Source: Chiloscyllium plagiosum
Lineage: Eukaryota
DNA: 64,000 bases
Assembly: GCF_004010195.1 (NCBI RefSeq)
Contig: NC_057718.1
Coordinates: 58,060,182-58,124,181, forward strand
Direction: 5' to 3'
The translations under genes were made by a program, and so were the position numbers. How positions within the stretch are numbered: the stretch's first letter is position 1; each line of letters begins with the position of its first letter. Under the pieces are notes generated by a model that ran no database searches, was not told the DNA's origin, and worked only from the letters and a program-made list of their open reading frames with translations. Positions 25,419 through 39,690 of the stretch are shown here, piece after piece.

Positions 25419-28400
25419 TGAATTACCTTGCGGGTTTAATGCATAGATTTCAGTGCGTTAATAGAGTGCGTTGCCTGACCACATGCAACAATAACGCATG
25501 TGTTCAATTATGACATGAAAACTTACTGATGCATGTTCGCTTGCTGTGCATCATGCCTATCTTTCACGGTACTGCCCATACCTATAAATTATTAATTGTA
25601 AAATTAGTCAGGAGACCAATTTGCAGGTCTTTTACTATGACGCTACAATTTCTGCATGAAATCAATGCATTTACATCACCATATATAAAACACAATACTT
25701 AGTTCAGAGCAAACGTATTTCACATAGAAGCTAACCTCCAAAAGAGTAGTGTATTTTGTTTGTGAAATTTCAGGAGATCCTACTTAAAATTCAGCTGCAC
25801 AGATTATTTAATGCACTGTTAATAAATTGCAACTCTTTTCTCCACCAAGAGAAATAATTTTCATTGCACGATAAATTGATGCCCTTCATGTGGCACCTTA
25901 TATCAGTCTGACAGGGTGTATATTGTGTAAATGTGTTTATGTACTCGTTAATCTGATAAAATGCATTTAAAATCTTTTCCATGTGAACATAATAGGCAAA
26001 TAGTGTACAGCTTGTCTTGAGTAGAAATATTTAAGTATGACCCTAATGGTGGGTTTTTAGGCTTTTGGTGCTGTGTATATAATTAAAGCCCATTAGGATT
26101 AAAGCCTTTGTATTGCTTTTGTAATAATGAAAGCTACTTATTAGATTAATTGCAATTAGTTTAATTGCACATGGTTTCGGAAAATAGAATTTATTCTTTG
26201 AAGTGCTTTGTGCCTATTTGCATAAAAGAATTAAGTCCCCATCGTATTGACATTTATATCTGAATTTCATATTTGAGACTTATTCACTCATACATTAAGT
26301 TATATAAAACTCTTCCCAGTTGTAAATGCTATTTCTAATCTTAAACTCAAGCTAGGGTTAGTAGTGAATTTGAAGTTAGTGGGAAAAGCCTAAAATTTTA
26401 ACAGTAGTCTTACAATCAAATTAATTTTAATGAATTTACTTGCACAGTGTTAAGGCTCGAATCAAGCTCTGTATTTCATGCTGAATGATGTACTATTTTA
26501 AAAAGATGATACCTGGGTTTCAGTGATATGCTTTTTTTCATTTTGTTAATTAATCTTAACATAAGGTATTCTAATTATCTGTAATTTTCCAGAACTTTTG
26601 TTCCTATTACAGTCATTGTTTATGTGACTATGATCTTGAGGGAAGGTATTACAAGAGCAGCAAGATCTAATTCCCAAGGTACAATAAGATGATCATGATC
26701 ACCAAGCAGTCAGAGAGATCTGAAATCAAGAATTTGGTGACTGCTGAGCTGCACTAACTGGAATCATCAAACTAATTTTTGCTTCAGTTCAATTCATGTT
26801 GGGTTCAGGGTCAAGTCATAGATTGTTGATTTAGTTCAAAATCTCTAATATTTGATACCTGAAGCAGGATCTTGAGCATTCTTAGATTTCATTTCTGCTG
26901 TTGCCTAACATTGGATTAGGTAGCAACATTGCCCTCTCATTGCCAAGATGTAGGTCAGAAGCCACCCCAAACTTCAACAGCTAAAAGCCTTCCAAGTGAA
27001 ATGGAAATAGTTTCAGTTCATTTCAACATGTGAGTCTGTCCCCAACTTAAATTAAATTTTATAATATCGACAATTTTATCATATTACTAAGCAAAGCTAC
27101 AACTGTATACTTGTCTGAGGTCAGAATTAAGGCATGTTATTGGGAGTATTATTGTAGAATCTTTACTCTATATGTATTCTGCACTGTCAGTGGTTTGTCT
27201 TGCTGCTAATTCTGTGCAATAGCAAAAACATTTTCAAATCCTAATTAAACACAAAACAATTAACTTGTTTGCTCCAGTTAAGGAAATGAATACCAAGAAT
27301 AAATCAAATCTGAAACAACCAGTGAATACAGTAATCAGAGGTAACAATAGGGAGTCTCTTTGCAATTTAAACCGGTACGTGTTTGTCCTTTATGCCCAAA
27401 TCACATGTGTCCAGGAAAAGTCACTCAGAGCTGAGTGCCATGGGAATGGGGGCAGCACTGACCATTGTTCTAAAAGCTTTGGCATGATGGATCTGACTAG
27501 TAGTACATTTATGGCAAGGCATAAATGAAAGAAGATTCACTTAAGAAGACTGAGAATTGGACACTGCAAATCAAAAAGGTCACTGGGACAGAACTGAGAC
27601 CAGAAGAAATTACAATGTAGCATCTTACAGCGCAGAAAAAGTCCATTTAGCCTATTGTATCGTTACCAGTGTTTTGAAAGAACTATTGAACAAACCCTAC
27701 ATCCCTACTTGTTCACTGTAGTTGTTCTTTTAAAAACTATTTCAGATATATCCTTCATTTTGGATAGCTGTTAAATCTGCCTTTGCATACTCTAAGGTAG
27801 TGCATTCCAGATCATCACAACCTGCAGAATAAAAACAAACTCACTGCCGGTAGTATTTAAGATATAAAAGTATGCATTTGTAGGTAGTGAAGGCTCAAAA
27901 ACTCCTTTTTAAATTATTGCAAGCCAGGCAGTTTTACCATGATGTTTACAGATCAATGCCCAAACTTTATTAGAGCACTGATCTAAATCTAGGCGTTTGT
28001 TTGCTACAAAGCCTGATACCTGCTGTGAGATTTAAACTTGGAGACAAGTACCTTTGATCAGTAGAGAAACATGGCATGGTTTTTAAATTTAATTTCAAGT
28101 TCTGATAGTGTTTTTCAAAACTTTTAAAAAAGAACATGTCTTGTGAGAATTACAAATATTGGTAAAAATATGTACCCAAAACAAAAGCAGTCATATCCAG
28201 AAATGATTCAGGAATTATACTGACTCTACCATCTCTGGTTTTACCATGGCAAGTGATGGCAAGTGTTAAAGTTTTATTGTTGTAATTTATAAAGCTGGAT
28301 ACCTGTTTCCCACTTTGACAAATTGATAAATATTATCTTTCAAATTTTAAGACTTTTGGAACCATACAGGACAACAGATATTCTTATAGAAACTGTTAAT

Positions 28401-31400
28401 TCCTGTTGCTTCAATGCCTAGATTTTGTGACTTTTTATATTTGTGTTCTTCTCTAAGCTACAGACAAACTTTGTTAATGCAAACTGTTAGACAATGTTTT
28501 TGTCATACAGATCTTGTGCATTCTAAATCATTTACAAGTGTCCAAAGAGTAAAAAGTATTCAATACTCCACATATTTCCATTTTTATTTTTCTGTATTTT
28601 GTTTAGGATGGTAGTGGTTAAGTAAACAAAAAGACTCTTCATTTTTATGGAAATAACAATTCCTATTTACTCAATGGCCTCCAAGCTAGGTAGAAGTGCA
28701 GGTACAGTAAACATTTAATTGCAAGAGGTGCTGCTATTCTGGGATGCTAATGATAGATGGGATCCACTTTAGAACTTCTTGGTGTGTTTTCTTGAGTTTG
28801 TATTGATGAGTTTTGTCTGTATAAATGGTCAATGGTTGTCTAAACGCTGTATCATATTGTTCACTACAACAGAGTCACCAAATATATTTCTGTCCAGTGT
28901 TAAATGTAAGTAAACATCAGTATCTTATTACCAGCATGGTGGTGTGTTGACTGCAGTTATTCTGGTTAAGATTAATTCTCTGTATTCTTCTGACCTTAAG
29001 TACTTTATCTAATTCTTTGTTTCTCATGACTTTTAAATCATTACGCTACTTATTTTAATATTCATATCAAAAGTTTTGAACTGAGGCCAAATATTTAAGT
29101 TGTGTTTCTTCTTACTTTATCTGGCCTTAAGTGTAATGAATCTTCTTCCGTGTCTGTTTTCAGCCACACGACCATTCTCCATGTGTACGTTATAGCATTG
29201 ATTATTGACAGACAAGTCTTAAGTGTGGTATTCATATTAGTTTGAATATGTTATCACTTAAGGCCACAACGTGTACTGTCCAGGAGGGGTCACTGCAGAT
29301 ACATCAGGCCTGTGAACCTTGGGTTAATAATTGTTTTACCTTCCCATACCTGAGCACTGAGCTTCATTGGTATGATTATCATTTGGTGGAAATAAGGTGA
29401 CTTAACATAGGATCAGGATTAATCCTGAAATCCCTTTGGTTTTAATAACTTATTACAACATTAATAAATGCATTAATCACTGAACCATTAGAGGAAGTAT
29501 GTCAGAACACTCCCTTGTTTATGTCTTTTAAAAATTAAACTTTTTTTACTATCATTATTAATTACGTTATTTGTAAGTGAGTTTCATTTGTATGTTGCTT
29601 GGCCAGTGTAAGAACCACTGAAGTAGATTTCCCAGTAAAGTGGATACTTCCTTCTCTTGGTCTTATTTTTCTCCTTTCCTCCAGGAAGAAAGAAGCCACT
29701 GATCGGGGCATGATTTTATAAGTATTTGTACTTTACTTCCATTAGCATACATCATGTCGGAGCTTATACTTGATAGTGAACAGTCACTTATATCACAGTG
29801 CATCAACAGTGAACTCTGACCTGATCTCAGCTGATATCCAGAAAACATACTTCAAGCAGAATCCAAACTGATATTCATCACTAATGAAGTTAATTCTGGT
29901 ACCTTTAAGTCCTGATCAAAACTAGCTAAGCTGATAGCGAAGTGTATGAATTAGGTGTTCGCTGGTTCATTGGAGAAGTTAGGAATTAATTTTAGTCCAA
30001 AAGTGTAGATTCCTGTAAAATGTTTTTTCAATAAAAATCAAAAACTAAATTTGACAAAGTTACACAATGTCCTGGTGGAATTCATTTCCGTTAATTGCTT
30101 CCATTTTCTTAATTGAAAAAAAAGTCGATGAGTCAAGGACTGTGAGGCAGAACACTATCAAGGTTGAAAACAGGAAAACAAAGATACAAAGTAGTGATTA
30201 GACTACCAAGCGTGGGCTTTAATGTCATTGGACATTTCATAGGGAGGAAGGACAGATATTCATTTGGAATTCTGAGAGAAATTCCCTTAGTGTAAGAGAC
30301 TATGAGATGTGGGTATAGGATTTTTGTTTACTACTTAGAGCAAATGAGCAGGGCATACATTAACTATACTGGATAAAATTAACAAGGGAAGTTGCTATGA
30401 AAAGCAGGCTGACTAGAAGTGAGCGACACATTACCTGTCATGTGACAGCTCTATCTTGTTTCTAGTTGAGCGTTCAGAAGAGTTTCCAGATATTACAGGG
30501 ACATTCAAAGTTTGGATAGATTTGGAGTTTCTGTTAAGTTCATAATGAGACTAAAATGAGTATTCCTTGGTGGTTTGAACACAAGCATTTTCTTTATTGT
30601 TAATGTGATAGGGAGGAAGGGCCAAAGTTGGTACTAGATTAATAAAGATGCAAAACTAATAATGGTTGGTATCTATATAATTAGGTAATCAAAAGAGAAG
30701 AAAAATCTGTCTTTGAACTGAAATAAACAAAATATTTGCTGTTCTACCAAAGGAGATATTGGTGAAGCAGTAATCAACCATTAGGTTTCAGTAATATAAC
30801 CCCTGACTGTTTTGAATAAGAATGGTACCTCGTGACATGTAAAGCTGTCTAATTAAACTGTACCCACCTCCAACATACAAATGAGTAAGTAACTGAGTAG
30901 AAATATTACAATTTATTGACACAAACAGCTTTTGAACAGAAAAGAAATAAAACCAATTTTAAAACTAAAGGCCATATTGAAAAGAAAACAAATTGACATA
31001 ATCACAATATAATGACAATTAACAATGATATCCATTTATACAACCTTTGTTGAATTTTATGAGTAGCTTTCACAAGGCTAAAAAGAGAAAAAAAATGCTC
31101 GGCTACAGGGAAACTGTGGTGAAGTGGAATGAGTGAAGTTGAGAGACCTGGCAGGACATAATTGGTCAAATGTGCAATAAGTCTCTGACTCTCTTCTATA
31201 TGCTAGTGGCATGACCTGAAGTATAGCAAGAAGGAAAAAGTAGTTTACATTCAGATTATTTCATCTGAAATGAACAAGGTGGTGATGGCAAAGGTGATGT
31301 TTACATTTTCCTGTTAATAGGACCCAGTCATAGGAAATCCCGAGGGGCAACACAGACTGGAAAATTGGAATTGGAGGAAAATTGCACTCTGATAAAGGAA

Positions 31401-32129
31401 ATCACCTGTACACCTGTATCTGTTGCACTCAAGAAGAGAAAAATCTTTCCTTGAATTTATAAATGCCTTTCTACTTCAAACTGCTGCTTTTCTGGTCCAG
31501 AAACATCAGTTTGGCATGTAGTTGTTACTAACCTTCTCACCTCAGTACAAAGAACATTAAAAAGACGAACATGCTGTATTGAATATAATCAATACCAATG
31601 CAGTGAGGTAATTATAGTGTTGAGGAGTCAATACCTGAGGTTGAAGTTGTTGCAATTCAATTCATCACAAAATGTTGCACTGTCAACCAGTGAGGAATTT
31701 TTGATAATCACCTGCATATTAATACGCAGGTTCATCTCAATTTTGTAGATTAATGTCAATACTATATTCAGCAATATTGGTAGGATTGGGATTCCAGTTA
31801 GATGTATAGTGTCAGTATTCATTAAAATTTCAGCTTCAGTTTCTCATTTATTTTCCTTGCTGACAGATGCAGTGATGAAAGGTTGCTCACTGCTCTGCTG
31901 CTGGGCACTTTTCCTGAGACACCAGCTCTCAACTCCCTGCTCCAAAGAAGACTGAATTCTAAGAAACTATTGTGCATAGCTCTTCGTCACAAATGGGGTA
32001 TTTCACTGATATTCTGCAAAGCAAACAGAATCAAGAAACTATTGTGCACAGCTTTTTAAAATAGCTTGTTATGCAAACATACATGAAATACTATTTGTAA
32101 TTCTTAGATGAGGATCACTCATAAACTGC

Positions 32130-32203
32130 TTACTCTTTGGAGGGTCGGGGTGGACTGGTTGGGCCGAACGGCCTGTTTCCACACTGTAGGGAATCTAATC
32201 TAA
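32130..32203 (+). mobile_element. HE1/HER1 3' tail fragment
   Basis: gggccgaacggcctgtttccacactgtagggaatctaatctaa. Confidence 0.7.
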
Positions 32204-33259
32204 CAAAAAAAGGTGTTTTTGGTGCATTTTTAAAGAAATTACTACGTTAACTTTGTTATACCAAATGAAATTATGGTGATTAACAAAGGAGTTGGAGGGG
32301 TCCAATTTAATAGGCAGCTTAGGTCAAAAGGTTTCTGAAAAAGGTTTCTGTTTTTGGAGAATCCTGAAGTTGAAGATTCTCATCTGAGGGAGTGACATGA
32401 GAATGCCAACTGTCTGTGTGTCAAGTAAGTAGAATGACAAGTCTGAGTGACTAGTGGTTTAATGGTAAAAGATGCACAGAAGAATGCAGATAACTGTGAG
32501 TTAGAAGTAGCAAGTCAGAAAGGGTCAATGATGAAATGGATGAAAGCCCAGAAATGGATTAGGTCTTGGTTAAAAATTTCAGGGGATAGTGATGAAGGTG
32601 ATTGCACAACTGGTTTCTGGTGAGTATGTTTTTTTGGAAATAAAAGATTTTTTTTACATTTTCAATTATTGGTCATTTTTCAGACATTTTGACAACAGAA
32701 TTGTTGGGAATTGTGCAGTTTAAAACTTCATTAATGTAGGCCCTAAGGATTTAAGAGCTTATCCAGGACAGTTAATATATGTTCCTGTTATGCTCCCTGA
32801 TATGGATTCTTGCTGGGGAAAATATTTTGTGCATATTAAAATATTTTCTTGTGTAAATTTATTTAAGTTACTAACTGGAGGATAAAGGTGAAGTCTAGTT
32901 AAATGGATATTTGTGATTTAAGTTATGGAACCATGCATTGAAAATAAATGAGAAACAAGATTTGAAAATAAATTTTAAATAGCCTGAAGAACTGTGCCAT
33001 GAAAATAAATCATAATCTATCATGTCATCTTTTGTACTTTGGAAGAAATCCTCTTAAAACATTAGTGTGTTTATAGTGCTGCCCACCTCTGTGACATTGC
33101 ACATGAAACATGCGATGGGCCCAGAAATCAGAGTAGGATTGAGAAAAAAACTTGGTCAGAAAAATAAAGAAGAATTGGGTAAGGTCTGTTTGCTCCTTGC
33201 CTTAATTATCTTCTTGCTTTTAATATGTGCACTGTACAGCAGCAGGTTTAATCAATTTC

Positions 33260-33546
33260 GGGTGGCATGGTGGTTCAGTGGTCAGCACTGCTACCTCGCA
33301 ATGCGAGGGACCCATGTTAATTCAGCCTTCGGGCAATTGTCTGTGTGGAGTTTGCACATTCTCTCTGTATGGTTTTCCTCCAGGTGCTTCGGTTTCCTCC
33401 CATAGTCCAGAAATGTGCAGGATAGGTGGATTAGCCATGGGGACTGCAGAGTTTCAAGGATGGGGTGTGGGTTTGGGTGGGATGCTGTTTGTAGGGACTC
33501 GAGGGGCCGAATGGCCTGCTTCCACATTGTAGGAATTCTATGATTC
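33260..33546 (+). mobile_element. HE1 SINE (diverged)
   Basis: gggtggcatggtggttcagtggtcagcactgc head, gtgtggagtttgcacattct core and tail. Confidence 0.8.
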
Positions 33547-36500
33547 ATTAGAAATATAGCCCTATTAAAGAAAGTTTAATGTATGATCTGTATTACTGAA
33601 ACTCCCTTAGTCTACTTCTAGCCTTTGCAGGTACTGCAGCTTCTCACTGTAAATATTAATTGTTTTATTACGACACAACACAATCTGTGCATCATAAATG
33701 GTTTATGCTTTCTGCATCAATTGCAGTTTCAGGAAATGCTTGTTTCTACTATGTGCACTCACAGTAATGGTCAGCAGGCTAAGACTCCCAAAAATAACAG
33801 TTTGGAAAATTATATTGTGATAATTATCATTTATTTAAATAGAACCAAGATTTCCTACACAGCGGTTACAGCTGTAAAACAAAATGACCTGTGAATTTTT
33901 TTTAATGGAGGAGATAACATTGAAACAGACTCTGAACATATAGTAAATCAAAAGATGGAACTTTAAATAGAAAATTGGTTTGCCGCTATCAGGGTTGTGT
34001 GTTACTTTATCAGTTTGTAGGGAGATTGATCAGAATTGTAGCAATTTGAGTGACTGTGATGATGACACTTTCTGACCAGTTTAATATCCTCATCAATAGC
34101 CATTGCATTTTCAGCTTAAAACCTCTTTAGTCATAGTAAGCCCTTGATACTATTCCAAGTTATTCAACATCTTCAAACATGTATTTAAATGATTTATTTG
34201 AGGTATTCTGATATACAATTCATGTTGGGCTGTCAGGTGGTTAAAAAAGTCATTTACACTTGTGACTACTATTCTTGTGAGCCACAAGAAACAAATAAAA
34301 ATGTTTCTTGCAAGTCCCAAGCTCAGCTCTGTAAAAACTTGAGGAAACAAGTTGAAAAGCCATAAAATGTAGTGAAGTTGTTTGCATTTACTTTATTAGT
34401 TCAATTTACACTTGTAAATTTCTGACCTGATTTACACAGAACCTGACGTCGAGAAAGTTAATAGGTAATCAGTTATGCACAATAGAAGTACCTCTATAGC
34501 CCAGGATCGAGAAGTTGATGAATTAAAGTCTAAAAATTTGGAATCGTCAGTTGCTTTAATCTAACCTCTGAACATTTTTTTACATTAGTGTTTTAATTGT
34601 TATTTTGTCAAAGCTCACAGTTACAAGTTAACTGAAAGTGGCAAAAAAAAACTAGCTTTTTAAATATTACTGTTTACAATCAACCACTCTTAAATTGCTA
34701 CCTAGGTGCAAACCGGTTTCTATAGTCAGTTTCTTTCCAGAATCCTGCTTAATAGTGGCTCCACCTTTACAGTATACAAATAGAAATTTTGTCACACAGA
34801 TGGCAAACTTGTAATGCAAGTGTGCTTTATTCCATTATTTCTAAGGGGATTCTCATGATCACCCTAACTACAGTGAAAGATCCACAAAATCAATGATCAG
34901 GAGAATACTATGGAAATTCTGTCACTTCGAGCTTTGCCACAAGGATATAAAAGTGGGAAGAGTATTGGAAAAAGGAAAATAATAACTGTCTAAGTAATAA
35001 CTTTAGTGATATGATGCTTTCTTTTTTTTATCAGATAATGTTTATATACTTAGTCCATGTTACCTAAATGAGTTGTAAAGTATGTTTTTATTGGGCCTGT
35101 AGTGGAGGAGACCTTTGTTTGTCCTTAATATGAAATTTGTACCAGCCAAGAATGATGTTAGACTTGTTTATTCGTCAGAGAAAGAAAGAACTTTGTATGG
35201 TTATACAAAGTACTGTATTGTTTCAAATCTTTGCTGCGCATTCTGACTTTGCCACATTTCAGACAATCACTCATTCTTCAGTAAGATCTGCATGGATTTT
35301 CTTTTTCAAGGAGTTGGTATCATTTTAATGCACTGTAGTTAGAATACACTCAGACTACTGCGCACAGTCTAGTGTCTGTATTCTTTAAAGAATATAGGTA
35401 AAGGTAATGTTGCTAAAGTCTCTGAGAACCATAGGGCTGTTTCATTAGAGAGAGTGAGACACAACTGGTGGTGGTTTAACCTGGGGGTGAACACACCTCA
35501 GGCAAGCAGAGAGGTTGAAATGGAGAATCCTTAAAAGGATATAGAATGACTATAAGACTTGCAAAGAAGTTTACAAGGATGATACCATAACTGAAAAGTT
35601 GTATCTCTCACTAAAGACTGGATCAGCTTGGTGTCTTTTCTCAGGGCAAGTCTGAGGGGGTCACTATTAAGGATCTTTTTTTAAGATTATGGAAGTGTGA
35701 TAGAATAGATATGGTAAAGATATTTCTGCTTGTGGATGGGCCCAGAACCATGCACTAAAAAGAGAAGATTCTCATCATTAAATCCAATAGGAAATTCAGG
35801 AGGGAACTCACTGCTACAAAGAATACTTGAGGCAAATGTTATTCACGTGTTAAGAAGTTGCTGTGAAACAGAAGAGGTAGAAAGGAATGGGTGATGCCGA
35901 TAGGATGAGATGAATATGGGGAGGAGGAGAATGATGTCAATGAGCGGGCTCAGTTGGCTGTTTTTATGAATTATTATGATAAAAATCTATGCCTTTATTT
36001 GCATATTACATCATGTTTTATAAATTTGTGCCTCTTCAGCTGGCTGGTCTCTGTTTAGCACTACTAATCCAGATAAACTTCTGACAAAGTAGAGAGGAAC
36101 TGTTGTTAACTATGGTAGCTACACTGAGAAGTAATGTTTTTGTGCAGCCAGTGGTTCGGGCCTGAAATATACCACTGGATGTGTGTTGGAGGACGATTCA
36201 ATTGAGGCATGCCAGACAGCATTGGTTGATTATTTAAACAGAAATGACATGCAAGATTATGGGAAATAGGCAGGAGTTTGGCACTAAATCATAGTATTCA
36301 GCAGTTACGACATGATGCATAAAATGGCCTCCTTCTACACTGTAATGAACCTACGATTGCTGATCTACCATATCAGCTGTGGGAGTTTTGATTTCCCCTC
36401 TGCCAGGTACATCACTTCCTCCCATGACTTTTCAGGTCGGAACTATTCCATTAGATGACTGCCAGTCTTGTTCACAAGGATTGCAAAATATAAATCAATT

Positions 36501-36764
36501 TTGTCTATAGTATGCACTTTTGTGACTGTGGTGGGAATAGTGATTTGGAAATTAAGATCACTATTCCATGAGTCATTAGAAGTGGGAAATAAAACCATTA
36601 TAATTTCTATGATGGTTAATGTCTGACTGCAAGACCTTTTAAGATAAAAGAAACTCACACGAGGTCTCAGCAATAAACAAAGAATAAACAAAGATATCTA
36701 TTATAACAAACTTATCCTCTAATGCAAAAAGAACAAATGACTAATTATAAATGCAAACTTAAAA

Positions 36765-37770
36765 TACATTGGATAGAGGATTAGTTGCCCAGAACAAAAT
36801 AGAGAATAGGGTTAAACAGGGTGTTTGTGGGTTGGCAAACTGTTGTTCATGGAATGCCACAAGTGTCAGTGCTGGGACCCCTGTTTACAATTTGATCAAT
36901 GACTCGGGTGAAGGATCAGAAGATATGATAACTAAGTTTGCTGATGACACAAAGATAGGTGGGAAGTAGGTTGTGAAGAGGACATTGAGTGTACAGAAAG
37001 ATTTAGATAATTAGGTGAATGTGCACAATTTTTTCAGATGCAGTGTAATGGGGGAAAAGTAAGATTGTTCACTTTGACAGAAAGAATTAGACGTCAGAGC
37101 ATTATTTAAATTGAGAAAGCTTGCAGGATATTATGGTACAAAGGAATCACAGTACATGCATCATGAAATGTCAGCATGCAAAAATAGTTAGTAATTAAGA
37201 AAGCAAATGTAGTGTTTGCCTTGATTAGAGTACAAAACGAGGAAAGTCTTGCGACAGTTGTACAGGGCATTGTTAAGACCACACCAAGAGCAATTTTAGC
37301 CATCTTACTTAAGGAGCGACATTATTTCATTGGAGGCAGTTCAGTGAAGATTACCCATATCCATAAAATGGAAAGAGTGGCTTTTGAAGAAAGATTAAGC
37401 AGGTTGGTTATTGGAGTTAGAAGAATAAAAGCTGATTTTACTGAAACAAATAAGATTCTGAAGACCTCGACAAGGTGAATGCTGAGAGGATGCTCCCCTC
37501 TTCAGGGAATCTACAACTAGTTTCAAAATAAGGGCAATCCCATTTAAGGTGGAGAAAGGAAGTCATTTGTTCTCTCACAGAGTTGTATGTGTTTGGAATT
37601 ATTTCTTTCAACAAGCAATATAATTGAGATGGCATTAGACAATGTTTTGATTGACTCAGGTCAAGATTATGGGGAAAAAATAGGAAAGATGAGAAAAAAA
37701 CAAATGAAAAATGGCATCATTTTGTTGACTGTATAGCAGGCTTGAAGGGTCAAATGGCCTGCTTCTATTT
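36765..37770 (+). mobile_element. Old CR1 LINE RT/3' remnant
   Basis: INDSGEGSEDMITKFADDTKIGG; FEERLSRL. Further CR1 tails follow at 37790-38045 and 38235-38410. Confidence 0.75.
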
Positions 37771-38559
37771 CTTATGTTGGTAGGAATAATGCAGAGAGAG
37801 AAGGCGAGTTTTGTTTTCTCTCTGGAAGTTGTTTCCTCTGTAGAATTCTCTTCCCCACAGAGCAGTGGAGGCGAGATCATTGAATATGTTCAATGCTGAG
37901 TCTGTTAAATTTTGGATCAACAAAAGAGCTGAGAACTATGGGGGCAGACAGGAAAAGGAGACTCGATCAGATCAGCCATCGAATGGTGAAACAGGCTTGA
38001 GGGGCAGAGTGGCCTGCTCCTCCCAGTCCTTGTATTCTTGTGCCTGAAGTGACAGAATTTAAAAGTCCTACTTGTTGACAACATAGTTTACTTGTTTTAT
38101 TTATTTCTGATTTGATTCCATATTATTTTTGTTTATAATAAATTTTGTAAAAGAATGTGTCCAGTAGGCAATCTGTTTGTTCCATTAAAAAGGATTATAT
38201 CAGCTTTCTAGGTCTGACGATTTGGTGTTGTGACAGAAGAAGAGATTAAAGTGTAGATGTAGATACATTCTTAGGACTGAAAGCATCAAAGGATATGGGG
38301 AGAACCAGGAATAGTACTGAGTTGGATAATCAGTCCTGATCATATTGAATGCCAGAACAGGCTTTGAAGGGCTGAATGGCCTACTCCTGCTCCTACATTC
38401 TGTGTTCTATATTTAATCAGCTTAATCATTTTGAACTAAAAATGGGAGAGATCAGTTAGGACTGCCACTTCTGATCCTCACCTAGTGATTTCTCTATGAG
38501 TATATATGAAGAAAGGAATGATACTGGAGGCTAGTAGTCATCTTTGGAATTGTGCAGAG

Positions 38560-39690
38560 GTAAACTTTCAAATCTTTCTTGATCTACTGCTTCCTCTGAC
38601 CTGGCTGACTGCACAATTTTCCTCCAGTGTTCTTCTCTGCTCTCAAGTTGGGTTGGACTACTCTCACCCTGTATCATTCTCAGTTATCTAACAATGGCCT
38701 GTGTATCACTTGCAGTGGCTTCTCTTCCTTCTACTATGCTGTTGCCTTTAGTATACCCCATGGATCCTCCCCTCTCATCAACATACTGCCTACGGTGGCA
38801 TCATATGTATACTGGGAACATCCAGATCTATCTCATCTCTTTCAATTCCTCCTCAATTGCTACATTATCAGTTTGATTATTTGCAGTTCAGTTCTGGATG
38901 AATGGAAATTTCCTCCATCTCAAGAACACTGAAGCTATTGTTTACAGTCCTTGCTTCAAACTGTTTTCTGGCACCCTTGATCTAAAAACATTCTGAGATT
39001 CAGTCTGTCTTCACATAAGCCTGGTATCATATTGAAGCCTGAGATGAGTTTCTGACCTCCAATACATTATCACTATGGTAATCTATTTCCACATCCATAG
39101 TAACACTTAGCTTCTCCCCTATTTCAGCTCATCCCCCGAAACTTTCAGTCAAGCCTGTGTTACTTGCTGACTCAAGTGCACTCTAGGCTGGCCTCCCCAC
39201 ATTCTAACTGCTATAAATATCAGTCCATTCAAAACTCTGCTACCAGTGTCTTGATCCACACAAAGTCCAGTCACCTCTTAACCTGTGTTTGCTGACATAC
39301 AATAGCTTCTGGCTAAGCAATGTCTTGATATTAAAATTCCCATCTTTATTTTCAAATTCCTGCATGGCCTTGATCCTTTATCTTTCATCTCTTCTAGTCG
39401 CATTCCTTCAAAGATTTGTTTGCTGTACTCCTGGCTTCATGACATGTACCATTTTAATGACTCTGCCATTGGTGGCTGTGCCTTCTGTTGTCCAGGCCCT
39501 AAATTTTGGAACATCTTCCTTATAGCTCTGTTTCACTTTTCTCCTTTAAGATGCTATTAAAAATCTACCACATTGACCGCAATTTTGACCATCTAATTTA
39601 ATTTCTCCTTATGTGGTTCAGAGATGTCTTCCTTTGAAATGCTTCTGAAATAGCATTGAACATTTAATTGTGTTAAAATACACAATATAA
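38560..39690 (+). mobile_element. L2-like LINE remnant
   Basis: Degenerate PQGS-like segment (ccccatggatcc), cattcaaaactctgct and an LHWL-like region. Homologous to 9230-9690. Confidence 0.55.
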